Shown: piece after piece, positions 6,280-15,972 of the stretch
Numbering within the stretch: the stretch's first letter is position 1
Layout: every line of letters begins with the position of its first letter
The notes under the pieces: model-generated
Seen by the model: the letters and a program-made list of their open reading frames with translations, nothing else
The model's database searches: none
What the model was told of the DNA's origin: nothing
Assembly: GCA_002325245.1 (NCBI GenBank)
Contig: DCRR01000001.1
Location: 8,312 to 72,311 of the forward strand
Origin: Microbacteriaceae bacterium UBA1487
Lineage (GTDB): Bacteria; Actinomycetota; Actinomycetes; Actinomycetales; Microbacteriaceae
DNA length: 64,000 bases
Direction: 5' to 3'
Translations under genes and position numbers: made by a program

Positions 6280-9240
6280 GTGGCTACCCTTCTCTTCCGT
6301 CTCGGACGCTTCGCGTACCGTCGCGCGTTCCTCGTCATCGTCGCCTGGCTGATCGCGACCGCGGCCGCGCTCGGCGGCGGTCTGCTGCTCGGCGGCACGC
6401 TGCAGGACTCGTACGAGATTCCCGGCACCGAGTCGCAGGAGGCCATCGACCTCCTGGCCGCGGTGTTCCCGCAGACGGCGGGCGCGAGCGCCCAGATCGT
6501 GATTCACGACGCCGGCGGCGCCCAGCTCGAGACGGTCGCCGCGGACGAGATCGAGTCCCTCGTCGAGGAGCTGAACGACATCGACGGTGTCGCCCAGGCG
6601 GTGTCGCCGTTCAGCGAGTTCGCGAGCGACGCGGTGAGCTCCGATGGCGACACGGTGCTCGTGCAGGTGCAGTTCGACAGCTCGATGGAGGATGTCACCT
6701 CAGCCTCGCTCACCGAGCTTCGCGCCGCGACCGAGTCGCTGCAGGCGGACGGCTTCGAGATCGCGTTCGGCGGCAACGTCTTCGAGTCCTTCAGCTTCGG
6801 CCTCACCGTCGTGGAGGTCTTCGGCGTCATCTTCGCCGCGCTCGTGCTCATCGTCACCTTCGGCTCCTTCGTCGCCGCGGGCCTGCCGCTGCTCTCGGCC
6901 TTCCTCGGGCTCGGGGTGTCGCTGGGTGCCGTGCTCGTGACCGCGGCGTTCACGACGATCTCCACCACGACGCCGATGCTCGCGCTGATGATCGGGCTCG
7001 CGGTCGGCATCGACTACGCCCTGTTCATCCTCAACCGGCACCGACAGCAGCTGGCGAACGGCATGGATGCGGAGGAGTCCGCCGCGACCTCCGTCGCCAC
7101 CGCGGGCGGCTCGGTCGTGTTCGCCGCGATCACCGTCGTCATCGCGCTCGCCGGGCTGCTGGTCGTCGGCATCCCGTTCCTCGGCGTGATGGGCGTCGCC
7201 GCCGCCCTGTCGGTCATCACCGCGATGCTGGCGGCCCTCACCCTGCTGCCCGCGGTGATGGGGCTTCTGAAGAACCGCCTCGCCCCGCGTCCGCGCTCGC
7301 GGGTCGCTGCACGGGCTCGCGCGGCGCTCGCGGAGTCCTCGGGCGAGGAGGTGCCGAACCACCAGCCGACGCTGGGGGAGCGCTGGGTCGCTCTCGTGGT
7401 GAAGGCGCCGATCGTCGCGATCCTGGCGGTCGTCGGCGTGCTCGGCACGCTCGCGATCCCCGCCTTCTCGCTGCAGCTCGCCCTGCCGACCGGAGGGCAG
7501 CAGCCCGAGGGCAGCGACATGCGCGTCGCCTACGACCTCATCGCCGAGGAGTTCGGCGAGGGAAGCAACGGCCCCCTCATCGTGACCGTCGACATCACGC
7601 AGACGACCGAGATCTTCGAGCAGCTGGAAGACATCTCTGACGAGCTCGCCGAACTCGACGGCGTCGCGTCGACGAGCGACGGCGTGCCCAACGAGACCCT
7701 CGACACGGGCATCATCCAGGTGATCCCCGAGACCGGTCCCGCCGACGCGGCGACCACCGAGCTGGTGAACGCGATTCGCGAGATCGCTCCCGAACTGGAG
7801 GAGCGCTACGACACCGAGATCTCGGTCACCGGCACCACCGCGGTGCAGATCGACATCTCGCAGCGGCTCGACTCGGCGCTGCTGCCCTTCGGCATCATCG
7901 TCGTCGGGCTCTCGATCGTGCTGCTCACGGCGGTGTTCCGCTCGATCCTGGTGCCGATCAAGGCCGCGCTCGGCTATCTGCTCTCCCTGCTCGCCGGCAT
8001 GGGGGCGAGCGTCGCCGTGTTCCAGTGGGGCTGGGGCGCCGAGCTGCTGCACGCGGAGGCCGGGCCGATCCTGAGCTTCATGCCGGTGCTGCTGATGGCG
8101 ATCCTGTTCGGCCTGGCGATGGACTACGAGTTGTTCCTGGTCTCGGGCATGCGCGAGTCCTACGTGCATCAGGTCGCCGGTCGGCACCTCACGCCGCGTG
8201 AGGAGAACCGCATCGCCCGCGACTCGGTGGTGCGCGGATTCGCCGGCGCGGCGCGCGTAGTGACGGCCGCCGCGCTCATCATGTTCTTCGTCTTCGCGGC
8301 ATTCGTGCCCGAGGGCAGCGACGTCATCAAGGTGATCGCGCTCGGCCTCGCGGTGGGCATCGCCGCCGACGCGTTCCTCGTGCGCATGACGCTCGTTCCG
8401 GCGGTGATGGCGCTTGCCGGCCGCTGGGCGTGGAAGATCCCGCGCTGGCTCGACCGCATCCTGCCCGACCTCGACGTCGAAGGGGCCAGCCTCGCACAGC
8501 ACCGCGAGGCCGTCGACTGGGCCCACTCGCGCCTGGCGCAGGGCGAGGCCGTCGCCCTCGACGATCTGACGATCGGGTCGGAGCGCGAGGCCGTCGGCCC
8601 GTTCCGGCTCGCCGTGCCGCTCGGCGCGATCGCCCTGCTCGACACCGGGCGGGTGGATGCCGCCGAGCGTCGCCTGCTCGCGGCCACCATCGCGGGCCGC
8701 ATCCCGCCGGTCTCGGGGCGCGCCCACGTGCTCGGGCATCCGCTGCCCTCGGAGTCGTCCCGCGCCGCCCGCCGCGTCGCCCTGAGCGACCTCGACGGCC
8801 CCGCCCGCGCCGACGTCGCGGCCGAGCTCGGCCCGCTGCTCGTGGAGCGGATCCGCGTGACCGGCTCGCTCGCTCGGGCGATGCGCTCGCAGCAGACGGC
8901 CGATGCCCGCATCGCGCGTCTCAACGCGGCGCTGCGCGAACTCGGGCGCCGTGGCGACCTCGATGCCACGACCTCGCTCGCCGAGCTGCCGCAGCTCGAG
9001 CGCGCCCTCGCCCTGGCGGCGGTCGCGCTCGCCGAGGACGCGCCGCTGGTCATCCTCGACGCGATGGACCCCTTCGCCGAGCCCGGCGACGCGGTCGCGT
9101 TCGTGCGGGGGCTCGACCGGCTCGCGCCGGCGTCGACGACCGTGATCGTCGGCGTGCCGGGCCTCGCGGTCGGCGCCGCCGCACCGGCCCGCGTCATCAC
9201 CTCGGTTTCCCTTGCCGCGATTGAAGGAGTTGCGCGATGA
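6280..9240 (+). CDS. MMPL/RND-superfamily transporter with C-terminal degenerate ABC-ATPase-like domain
   Basis: Two 6-TM bundles with large extracytoplasmic loops (MMPL architecture, aa 1 to about 730). About 250 extra C-terminal residues have the ABC NBD fold pattern but lack Walker A, signature and catalytic Glu (see finding). Confidence 0.9.
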   Translation: MATLLFRLGRFAYRRAFLVIVAWLIATAAALGGGLLLGGTLQDSYEIPGTESQEAIDLLAAVFPQTAGASAQIVIHDAGGAQLETVAADEIESLVEELNDIDGVAQAVSPFSEFASDAVSSDGDTVLVQVQFDSSMEDVTSASLTELRAATESLQADGFEIAFGGNVFESFSFGLTVVEVFGVIFAALVLIVTFGSFVAAGLPLLSAFLGLGVSLGAVLVTAAFTTISTTTPMLALMIGLAVGIDYALFILNRHRQQLANGMDAEESAATSVATAGGSVVFAAITVVIALAGLLVVGIPFLGVMGVAAALSVITAMLAALTLLPAVMGLLKNRLAPRPRSRVAARARAALAESSGEEVPNHQPTLGERWVALVVKAPIVAILAVVGVLGTLAIPAFSLQLALPTGGQQPEGSDMRVAYDLIAEEFGEGSNGPLIVTVDITQTTEIFEQLEDISDELAELDGVASTSDGVPNETLDTGIIQVIPETGPADAATTELVNAIREIAPELEERYDTEISVTGTTAVQIDISQRLDSALLPFGIIVVGLSIVLLTAVFRSILVPIKAALGYLLSLLAGMGASVAVFQWGWGAELLHAEAGPILSFMPVLLMAILFGLAMDYELFLVSGMRESYVHQVAGRHLTPREENRIARDSVVRGFAGAARVVTAAALIMFFVFAAFVPEGSDVIKVIALGLAVGIAADAFLVRMTLVPAVMALAGRWAWKIPRWLDRILPDLDVEGASLAQHREAVDWAHSRLAQGEAVALDDLTIGSEREAVGPFRLAVPLGAIALLDTGRVDAAERRLLAATIAGRIPPVSGRAHVLGHPLPSESSRAARRVALSDLDGPARADVAAELGPLLVERIRVTGSLARAMRSQQTADARIARLNAALRELGRRGDLDATTSLAELPQLERALALAAVALAEDAPLVILDAMDPFAEPGDAVAFVRGLDRLAPASTTVIVGVPGLAVGAAAPARVITSVSLAAIEGVAR

Positions 9241-10997
9241 GCGCCCTGGTTCCCGTGTCGGCGTCTCGCCGCATCCGCTCGTGGCGCATCGCCGCCGTCG
9301 TCGCGGTCGTTCTCGTTCCGCTCGCGTTCGCGGGCCTGTTCCTGGCATCGGTCGGCGATCCGGAGGCGGGCCTCGAGCGGGTCCCCGTCGCGATCGTCAA
9401 CGACGATGAGGCGATCATCCAGACCGGTGACGACGGCGAGGAGCAGTACATCCTCGCCGGGCGGCAGCTGGTGACCGAGCTGACCGGCTCTGATTCGCCC
9501 GCCGATCTCGACTGGCAGCTCACCAACGACTCCGACGCCGCCGAGATGCTCGCGTCGGGCGAGGTCTATGCGATCCTCACCGTGCCGTCGGACTTCTCCG
9601 AGGCGATCCTGTCGACCGGCGGTGACGACCCGCAGCAGGCCTCGATCGAGATTCGCACCGACGACGCCCATTCCTACGTCTCCGGCGCCGTGGCCTCCGC
9701 GCTCGGCGACGGCATGGTGCGCGCGTTCGGCAGCGAGATCACCGAGCAGTTCATCGTCGGCGTGTTCGACGAGGTCGGCAATTCGTTGACCGAGGCAGCG
9801 GATGCGGCGCAGCAGCTCGCGGACGGTGCCGCCGACGCGGCATCCGGCGCGGTCGAGTTCGCCGACGGGGTCGGCTCGTACACGGGCGGGGTGGCGTCGC
9901 TGGCGAGCGGAGCGCGCGAGCTCGACGCGGGAGCGGAGGAGCTCGACGCTCTCGTCTCCGGCACGCAGGAGTACGCGGCCGGGGTCGCCCAGCTCTCCGA
10001 GCAGATCGCCGCGACCACGACGGCGCTGCAGTCCGATCCGACCAACCCGACGCTGCTCGGCACCCTCGCCTACCTCTCGGCACTGCTCGAGGACGCCGCC
10101 GACGGCGGCAGCGAGCTCGCCGCGGGCACGTCGAGCGCCGTCACCGGGATCCAGGGCGGCATCTCCGAGCTGGCCTCCGGGGCGACGACCCTCGCCGACA
10201 ACGGAGCGCCGCTCGCGACGGGCGCCGACGAGCTGGCCGACGGCATCGGCGAGCTGGCTGACGGCTCGGACGAATTCGCCACCGGGCTCGACGAGGGCGC
10301 CGAGGCGTTCGTGGGGGAGGATGGCTCGGCCGAGGCGCTCGCGGCGGTCGCCGCCGACCCGGTCGGCTACGAGCTCGCCACCGACAACGAGGTGGACGAC
10401 GCCCTGCAGGCGATCGCCACGCCGCTCGTGCCGCTGGCGCTGTGGATCGGTGCCATCGTCAGCTTCCTGGCGCTCGCTCCGCTCACCCGCGGCATGCTCG
10501 GCTCGTCGGCTGCCTCGGGTCGCCTGCTGGCGACGGTGCTGGCGCGTGCGAGCGCCGTCACGGCGGCACAGGCGGTGCTGCTCGTGGGGCTGCTGCACGT
10601 AGTCGCCGGAGTCTCGTGGGCGCTGCTGCCCGCGACCCTCGTGTTCTCGCTGCTCGTGGCGCTGGCGTTCACCGCGTTCCACGCGGCCCTCACGATCGCA
10701 TTCGGGCGCCCGGGACTCATCGGTTCGTTCATCGTGCTGGCCGTGCAGCTCGCCGCAATGGGCATCGTGCCGACCGAGGCACTCGCGCCGCCGTTCGCCG
10801 CGATCAGCCCCTACCTGCCGCTCACCTGGGCGACGACGGGGCTGCAGCAGATCATCACGAGCGGCTCGGCGTCGGTCGTTGTGGGGATGGCGGTGGCGCT
10901 GCTCGCGTTCGGTGCGCTGAGCGCGGCGTTCGCGGCGTTCGCGCTCGGCCGCACGCGTCGCGCCGTGGCGTTGGGGCTGCTGCCCGCGAACGCGTAG
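9237..10997 (+). CDS. YhgE/Pip domain-containing membrane protein (ABC-2 type permease-like)
   Basis: N-terminal TM, then VPVAIVNDDE, a long Ala/Gly/Glu/Leu-rich helical repeat region (LADGAADAASGAVEFADGVGSYTGGV...) and a C-terminal 5-TM bundle. The ATGA overlap with the MMPL stop indicates translational coupling. Confidence 0.85.
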   Translation: MSALVPVSASRRIRSWRIAAVVAVVLVPLAFAGLFLASVGDPEAGLERVPVAIVNDDEAIIQTGDDGEEQYILAGRQLVTELTGSDSPADLDWQLTNDSDAAEMLASGEVYAILTVPSDFSEAILSTGGDDPQQASIEIRTDDAHSYVSGAVASALGDGMVRAFGSEITEQFIVGVFDEVGNSLTEAADAAQQLADGAADAASGAVEFADGVGSYTGGVASLASGARELDAGAEELDALVSGTQEYAAGVAQLSEQIAATTTALQSDPTNPTLLGTLAYLSALLEDAADGGSELAAGTSSAVTGIQGGISELASGATTLADNGAPLATGADELADGIGELADGSDEFATGLDEGAEAFVGEDGSAEALAAVAADPVGYELATDNEVDDALQAIATPLVPLALWIGAIVSFLALAPLTRGMLGSSAASGRLLATVLARASAVTAAQAVLLVGLLHVVAGVSWALLPATLVFSLLVALAFTAFHAALTIAFGRPGLIGSFIVLAVQLAAMGIVPTEALAPPFAAISPYLPLTWATTGLQQIITSGSASVVVGMAVALLAFGALSAAFAAFALGRTRRAVALGLLPANA

Positions 10998-11005
10998 GGG
11001 AGGCG

Positions 11006-11025
11006 GCGCGCCGAGATCGGCGCGC
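11006..11025 (+). terminator. GC-rich hairpin downstream of the yhgE/pip-like gene
   Basis: GCGCGCCGA-ga-TCGGCGCGC starts 9 nt after the stop, followed by a T-rich stretch (TTGACTTTTGT). The loop is very short, so the effective stem is about 7 bp. Confidence 0.4.
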
Positions 11026-11029
11026 GGAG

Positions 11030-11058
11030 TTGACTTTTGTCGTCGCCGCACTTATTTT
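11030..11058 (+). promoter_or_regulatory. consensus-like promoter (-35 TTGACT, 17 nt, -10 TATTTT) driving the leaderless ROK regulator
   Basis: TTGACT at 11030-11035, a 17-nt spacer, TATTTT at 11053-11058, then exactly 6 nt to GTG 11065. Locally AT-rich in a 70% GC background. Confidence 0.65.
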
Positions 11059-11064
11059 CATCCT

Positions 11065-12231
11065 GTGAGCAATGAAGCCATGGCACGTGTCGACGAGGCA
11101 CGCAGCGTCCGCGGACAGGTCCTGAGCCTGCTGCGTGACCGCGGGCCTCTGGCGCGGATCGAGATCGCGAGACTGTCTGGTCTGTCGGCCACCACCATCA
11201 CCCGCGCGGTTAATCTGCTCGCCGACGAAGGTGTCGTCGAAGAGGGCGCCTCGATCTCGCTCGCCAAACTCGGCCGCCCTGCCACGGAGCTTTCGATCCA
11301 CGCCGACAGCTACTTCGTCGTCGGGGTGCAGATCGGTGTCGGTTTCGTACAGCTCGGCCTGATCGACGTCCTCGGGGGCAGCCGTGGGACGGCACACTTC
11401 TCCTACGACCTGGCGGTGCCTGCCAGCGACGTCGTTTGCCAAGCTGCGGAGTCGATTCAGTCGTTGATTGCCGACGCGGGCGTCGACCGTCGCCTCGTGC
11501 TCGGCGTCGGAGTCGCGGTGCCCGGTCCCGTCGACGCGGCGGGTCGGCGCATCCTGTTTCCGATCAACCTCGACTGGCGTGACGTTGCCGTCTCTGACCT
11601 GATGGAGCCGATTCTCGGCGTTCCGGTCACCGTCGAGCACAACGTGCGCTCCATGGCGCTCGCCGAAACCCGCTTCGGCAGCGCGCAGGGTGCTGGCAGC
11701 GTCGCATTCGTCTACCTGCGCACCGGGCTCGGCGCGGGTCTCGTCGTCGAGGGTCAGCCGTTTTCCGGCGGCGTCCACGGCGCCATCGAGCTGGGTCACC
11801 TCCAAGTGATCGACAACGGTGCGGACTGCGTGTGCGGAAGCACCGGATGCCTCGAGACGGTGGTGTCGGAGCCCGCACTTCGGGCACGGGCCGCTGAGCT
11901 CGGACTGGACGGCACCGACAACCCGATCACGGCCATCTGGGAGGCCGCCGGCACCCGCGCCGACGCGCGCGACAGCATCGCGGCGGTGATCACGCCGCTC
12001 GCCAAAGGACTGTCGGCGATCGTCAACCTGTTGAACCCCGAGGTCATCCTGCTCGGCGGCGCCCTCGCCGACGTGCCGGAGCCCTTCTTCGAGCGGGTGA
12101 CTGAGGAGACGCGCAGCGCCGTCTTCCCGCTGATCCGCTCGTCTGTCCACATCGATCCGTCGAGCCTGGGGATGGATGCCGGTGTCATCGGCGCCGGCGC
12201 CGTCGCCCTCGACCGTTACTTCTACGCGTAA
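11065..12231 (+). CDS. ROK family transcriptional regulator
   Basis: N-terminal wHTH (RGQVLSLLRDRGPLARIEIARLSGLSATTITRAVNLLADEG). ROK sugar-kinase-like body with Zn motif GHLQV...CVCGSTGCLE. Confidence 0.9.
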   Translation: MSNEAMARVDEARSVRGQVLSLLRDRGPLARIEIARLSGLSATTITRAVNLLADEGVVEEGASISLAKLGRPATELSIHADSYFVVGVQIGVGFVQLGLIDVLGGSRGTAHFSYDLAVPASDVVCQAAESIQSLIADAGVDRRLVLGVGVAVPGPVDAAGRRILFPINLDWRDVAVSDLMEPILGVPVTVEHNVRSMALAETRFGSAQGAGSVAFVYLRTGLGAGLVVEGQPFSGGVHGAIELGHLQVIDNGADCVCGSTGCLETVVSEPALRARAAELGLDGTDNPITAIWEAAGTRADARDSIAAVITPLAKGLSAIVNLLNPEVILLGGALADVPEPFFERVTEETRSAVFPLIRSSVHIDPSSLGMDAGVIGAGAVALDRYFYA

Positions 12232-12280
12232 TGCGAAAGGAACGCACCATGTCACCCACACAGCTCACGGGGTCGTCCGA

Positions 12281-13093
12281 ATGACGATCCAGGCGCCCGA
12301 AACCGTCCCCGTCGCGACGACGCGCGGCCGCGCCAAAGGTGGCTCGTCCTCGCTCGTCCCGCTCTACATCGCGACTTTCGTGATCGGCATCGGACTCTGG
12401 TGGCTCGCCGCGCTCTTCGCCGGCAACCGCCTCATCCCGACGCCGCTCGAGGTCGTGCTGAATGGGTGGGAGGGTGCTTTGGACGGCTCGCTGTGGAGCA
12501 ACACCTGGGCGAGTCTCGCCCGCGTGTTCACCGGCTTCGCGCTCGGCGTGCTGCTCGCCATTCCGGCGGGCTTCCTGATGGGCTGGTACCGCCTAGCCCG
12601 GGGCCTGTTCGAACCGTGGATCCAGTTCTTCCGCACTGTCCCGCCGCTGGCGCTCATTCCGCTCGTGATCGTGATCATCGGCATCGGCGAGGACGCCCGC
12701 GTCTTCGTGATCTTCCTGGCCTCCTTCCTGGCCTGCGTGCTCGCCACGTTCCAGGGGGTGCGCAACGCCGACGTCACGCTGATCAACGCCGCACGGGTGC
12801 TCGGGGCGAAGGACTTCACGATCTTCCTGCGCGTCGTCGTCCCGGCATCGACGCCGTTCATCTTCGTCGGCATGCGCATCGCGCTCGGCTCCGCGTGGGC
12901 GACGCTCGTGGCCTCGGAGCTGGTGGCGGCACCGACCGGGCTCGGCCGCATGATGCAGGCGGCCTCCCAGTTCCTCGACACCGAGCGGATCGTCGTCGGC
13001 ATCATCATGATCGGCCTGCTCGGGTTCGTCATGGACCGTTTGCTGTTGTTGCTCGAACGGCGGCTCACCGCCTGGCAGGAGGTGCGCGCATGA
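12281..13093 (+). CDS. ABC transporter permease, NitT/TauT (SsuC/TauC/AtsB-like) family
   Basis: 6-TM BPD-transport permease with an EAA-like loop (ARVLGAKDFTIFLRVVVPAS). The ATG 12281 overlaps the stop of an 11-codon uORF. Confidence 0.85.
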   Translation: MTIQAPETVPVATTRGRAKGGSSSLVPLYIATFVIGIGLWWLAALFAGNRLIPTPLEVVLNGWEGALDGSLWSNTWASLARVFTGFALGVLLAIPAGFLMGWYRLARGLFEPWIQFFRTVPPLALIPLVIVIIGIGEDARVFVIFLASFLACVLATFQGVRNADVTLINAARVLGAKDFTIFLRVVVPASTPFIFVGMRIALGSAWATLVASELVAAPTGLGRMMQAASQFLDTERIVVGIIMIGLLGFVMDRLLLLLERRLTAWQEVRA

Positions 13094-13851
13094 GCGCCAT
13101 GATCGAGATCCGCGACGCGACCAAGATCTACGAGACGTCTCGTGGGACCACGGTCAGCCTCGACCACGTCAGCCTCGACGTCGAGGAGGGCGAATTCATC
13201 ACCCTCGTCGGGCCGAGCGGCTGCGGCAAGAGCACCATGCTCAACCTGATTGCGGGTCTGCTGTCGCCGACCTCCGGGGACGTCGTCGTGCACGGCTCGC
13301 CGGTCAAAGGCCCCAGCCCCGACCGTGGTGTCATCTTCCAGCAGTACGCGCTGTTCCCCTGGCTCACGGCCAAGCAGAACGTCGAGTTCGGGCTGCGCCT
13401 GCAGAACCTGCCGAAGGAGGAGCGGTCGCGTCGTGCCGACCACTACCTCGAACTCGTCGGCCTCCAGGACTTCGGCCACGCACTGCCGAAGGAGCTCTCG
13501 GGCGGAATGAAGCAGCGGTGCGCGATCGCGCGCGCCTACGCGGTCAACCCGTCCCTGCTGCTCATGGACGAGCCGTTCGGGGCGCTGGACGCGCTGACGC
13601 GCGTTCAGATGCAGGACGAGCTTCTCCACACCTGGGAGCGCGATCGACGCACGATCGTGTTCATCACCCATGACGTCGACGAGGCCGTGTACCTCGCCAG
13701 TCGAGTCGTCGTCATGAGCCCGCGCCCGGGGCGCATCAGCGAGATCATCGACGTCCCACTGCCGTACCCCCGAAACGAGGAACTCCGTTTGTCGCCGGAG
13801 TTCGCCGAGATCCGCGCCCGAGTCTGGCGCGGAGTCCACCACCGCGACTGA
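13090..13851 (+). CDS. ABC transporter ATP-binding protein, NitT/TauT family
   Basis: Walker A GPSGCGKST, Q-loop FQQYALFPW, signature LSGGMKQR, Walker B LLLMDEPFGALD and H-loop ITHD. ATGA overlap with the permease stop. Confidence 0.92.
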   Translation: MSAMIEIRDATKIYETSRGTTVSLDHVSLDVEEGEFITLVGPSGCGKSTMLNLIAGLLSPTSGDVVVHGSPVKGPSPDRGVIFQQYALFPWLTAKQNVEFGLRLQNLPKEERSRRADHYLELVGLQDFGHALPKELSGGMKQRCAIARAYAVNPSLLLMDEPFGALDALTRVQMQDELLHTWERDRRTIVFITHDVDEAVYLASRVVVMSPRPGRISEIIDVPLPYPRNEELRLSPEFAEIRARVWRGVHHRD

Positions 13852-13879
13852 AACCCACATGAAGAAGGCAAGGGAGCCC

Positions 13880-14896
13880 ATGAATCACATGAAGAAGCTG
13901 GTCGCCGTCACGGCGACGCTCAGCGCCGCAGCACTGGTGCTGACCGGATGCAGCGCGACGTCGGCGGAAGGCGCCGGTGAGGACCGCGTGTCGCTCAACG
14001 TCGGCTACATCGACACGAGCGTCAACGGTGTCGGCGTCATCGCGGTCGCCAACGAGCTCGGCCTCTGGGAGGAGGCGGGCATCGACGTCACGCTGACGCC
14101 GTTCACCAACGGGCCGACCCAGATCCAGGCGATGGCGAGCGGTTCTCTCGACATCGGCTACATCGGCGGCGGTGCGACCTGGATGCCCGCCTCGGGTCAG
14201 GCCACCATCATCACGCCCAACGAGTCCACGTTCGGCGACTACCTGATCGCCTCGCCCGAATCGGGTGCGACGAGCATGAGCGACCTCAAGGGCCTCAGCG
14301 TCGGCGTTCCCGACGGCGGCTCGGGCGAGATGATCCTCTCGCTCGCGCTGGAAGAGGCGGGTCTCACCTTCGACGACATCGAGCGGGTTCCGCTCGACCC
14401 GCCGAGCGTGGTGTCGGCCTTCGTCTCGGGCCAGATCGACGTCGCGGCGATCTTCTCGCCGCTCAGCGACCAGATCTTCGAGAGCGTGCCCGACGCGGTC
14501 GTGCTCGCGAACAACCGTGACTTCCCCGAGAACGAGTTCGTGGGCGCCTGGGTGGCGTCGAACGACGCGGTCGCGGACAAGTCGGAGGCGGTCGAGCGCT
14601 TCCTCGAGGTGTGGATCCAGGTCAACGACTACCGCATCGCGAACGTCGAGGAGAGCGTCGCGCTCGCAGCTGCCGAAGCCGGTGCGCCGGTCGACCAGCT
14701 CCGGGGGCAGGCCGACAACCTCGAGTGGTACCCGTCCGAGCAGATCCTCGCCGACAACGAGAGCGGCTTGACCTACGCGCGCTTCGACGCGCTCGTGGAC
14801 CTGTTCGTCGAGCTCGGGCGCCTCGAGGAGAAAGCCGACGCCACCACGTTCGTGAACATCGACCTCTACAACCAGGCGATGGCCGCGCTGCGATGA
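13880..14896 (+). CDS. ABC transporter substrate-binding lipoprotein (NMT1/SsuA/TauA/AtsR-like)
   Basis: Signal peptide plus lipobox MKKLVAVTATLSAAALVLTGC. Type-2 periplasmic-binding fold pattern (LNVGYID...). AGGGAG lies 4 nt before ATG 13880; alternative starts are 13859 and 13889. Confidence 0.85.
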   Translation: MNHMKKLVAVTATLSAAALVLTGCSATSAEGAGEDRVSLNVGYIDTSVNGVGVIAVANELGLWEEAGIDVTLTPFTNGPTQIQAMASGSLDIGYIGGGATWMPASGQATIITPNESTFGDYLIASPESGATSMSDLKGLSVGVPDGGSGEMILSLALEEAGLTFDDIERVPLDPPSVVSAFVSGQIDVAAIFSPLSDQIFESVPDAVVLANNRDFPENEFVGAWVASNDAVADKSEAVERFLEVWIQVNDYRIANVEESVALAAAEAGAPVDQLRGQADNLEWYPSEQILADNESGLTYARFDALVDLFVELGRLEEKADATTFVNIDLYNQAMAALR

Positions 14897-15972
14897 CGAA
14901 TCGGTCACGGGCACACGCCCGCATTGGAATCGTGGGCGCTGGGTTCGTGGCCGATTTCTACCTCCGGGCGCTGCAGCATGTGCGCGGTCACGATGTGACC
15001 GTGCTGGCTGCGCGCTCGGAGGCCAAGGGCCGCGAGGTCGCCGAACGCTACGGGGTCCCGAACGTCGTTGCGTCGACCTCGGAGCTCGTGGCACGCGACG
15101 ACGTCGACCTGGTGATCGTCGCACTCCCGCACGACCTGCACGTCGCCACCGTCGAGGAGATCGCCGCCGCCGGCAAGGCCGTCATCTGCACGAAGCCGCT
15201 CGGCCGGAACTCGGCCGAGGCGCGGCGCTGCCTGGAGGCCGTGGAGGCGGCGGGAGTCTGGCACGGCTATGCCGAGACCGAGGTGTTCGCGCCCGGGCTG
15301 GTGAAGGCCAAGCAGCTCGTCGACTCCGGAGCGATCGGCGACGTGCTCTCGGTCCGGGCGCGCGAAGCGCACGGGCACCCGCACGAGCACGCGCGGGACG
15401 CGGAGCGCATGGGCGGCGGGCCGCTGCGCGGTCTCGGCTGCCACTGCATCGCGATCGGGCGATGGTTCCTCGGCTACGAGCATCGCCCCGTCGAGGTTCT
15501 GGCCTGGGGAGACCGGCTCGTGCGCACCGATGTGACCACGGAGGACTCCGCGGTCGCGCTCGTTCGATTCGACGACCGTCGCATCGTCCAGATCGAGACC
15601 GGCTGGAACCACGTCGCCGGATTGGACGTGCGCAACGAGATCCACGGCTCGAAGGGCTGGATCGGCACCGATGAGACCGGTGAGACCGGCATCCGTGCTT
15701 TCGCCGGCCAGTCGGCCGGCTACGTGCTCGAAAAAGCGGGCGCCGAGACCGGATGGGTCACCCCGGTGCCCGACGAGCCTTGGACCTACGGCTACCACGC
15801 CGAAATGGCACACTTCGTCGAGAGTTTTCTCGCCGGTCGTGCGCCGCGACAGACCCTGACCGACGGCTACATCGACAACGCCGTCATCGATGCCGCGTAC
15901 CGTGCCATCGAATCCGGAACCTGGGAATCCATTGATCTGTCGGCGCTGGACGGCGCCGCCCCGACGAAGTGA
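14893..15972 (+). CDS. Gfo/Idh/MocA family oxidoreductase
   Basis: N-terminal Rossmann RIGIVGAGFVADFY...VVIVALPHDLH...KAVICTKPL (EKP-type motif). ATGA overlap with the SBP stop. Confidence 0.9.
   Translation: MTNRSRAHARIGIVGAGFVADFYLRALQHVRGHDVTVLAARSEAKGREVAERYGVPNVVASTSELVARDDVDLVIVALPHDLHVATVEEIAAAGKAVICTKPLGRNSAEARRCLEAVEAAGVWHGYAETEVFAPGLVKAKQLVDSGAIGDVLSVRAREAHGHPHEHARDAERMGGGPLRGLGCHCIAIGRWFLGYEHRPVEVLAWGDRLVRTDVTTEDSAVALVRFDDRRIVQIETGWNHVAGLDVRNEIHGSKGWIGTDETGETGIRAFAGQSAGYVLEKAGAETGWVTPVPDEPWTYGYHAEMAHFVESFLAGRAPRQTLTDGYIDNAVIDAAYRAIESGTWESIDLSALDGAAPTK

Noticed and set aside
6700-11051. Very long antisense ORFs (6700-9348, 882 aa, and 8169-11051, 960 aa, minus strand) opposite the MMPL and YhgE/Pip genes.
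   Set aside because: The translations are low-complexity Arg/Gly/Asp/Glu/His/Pro strings with no motifs. These are typical shadow ORFs of 70% GC DNA, while the plus-strand frames carry clear transporter architecture.
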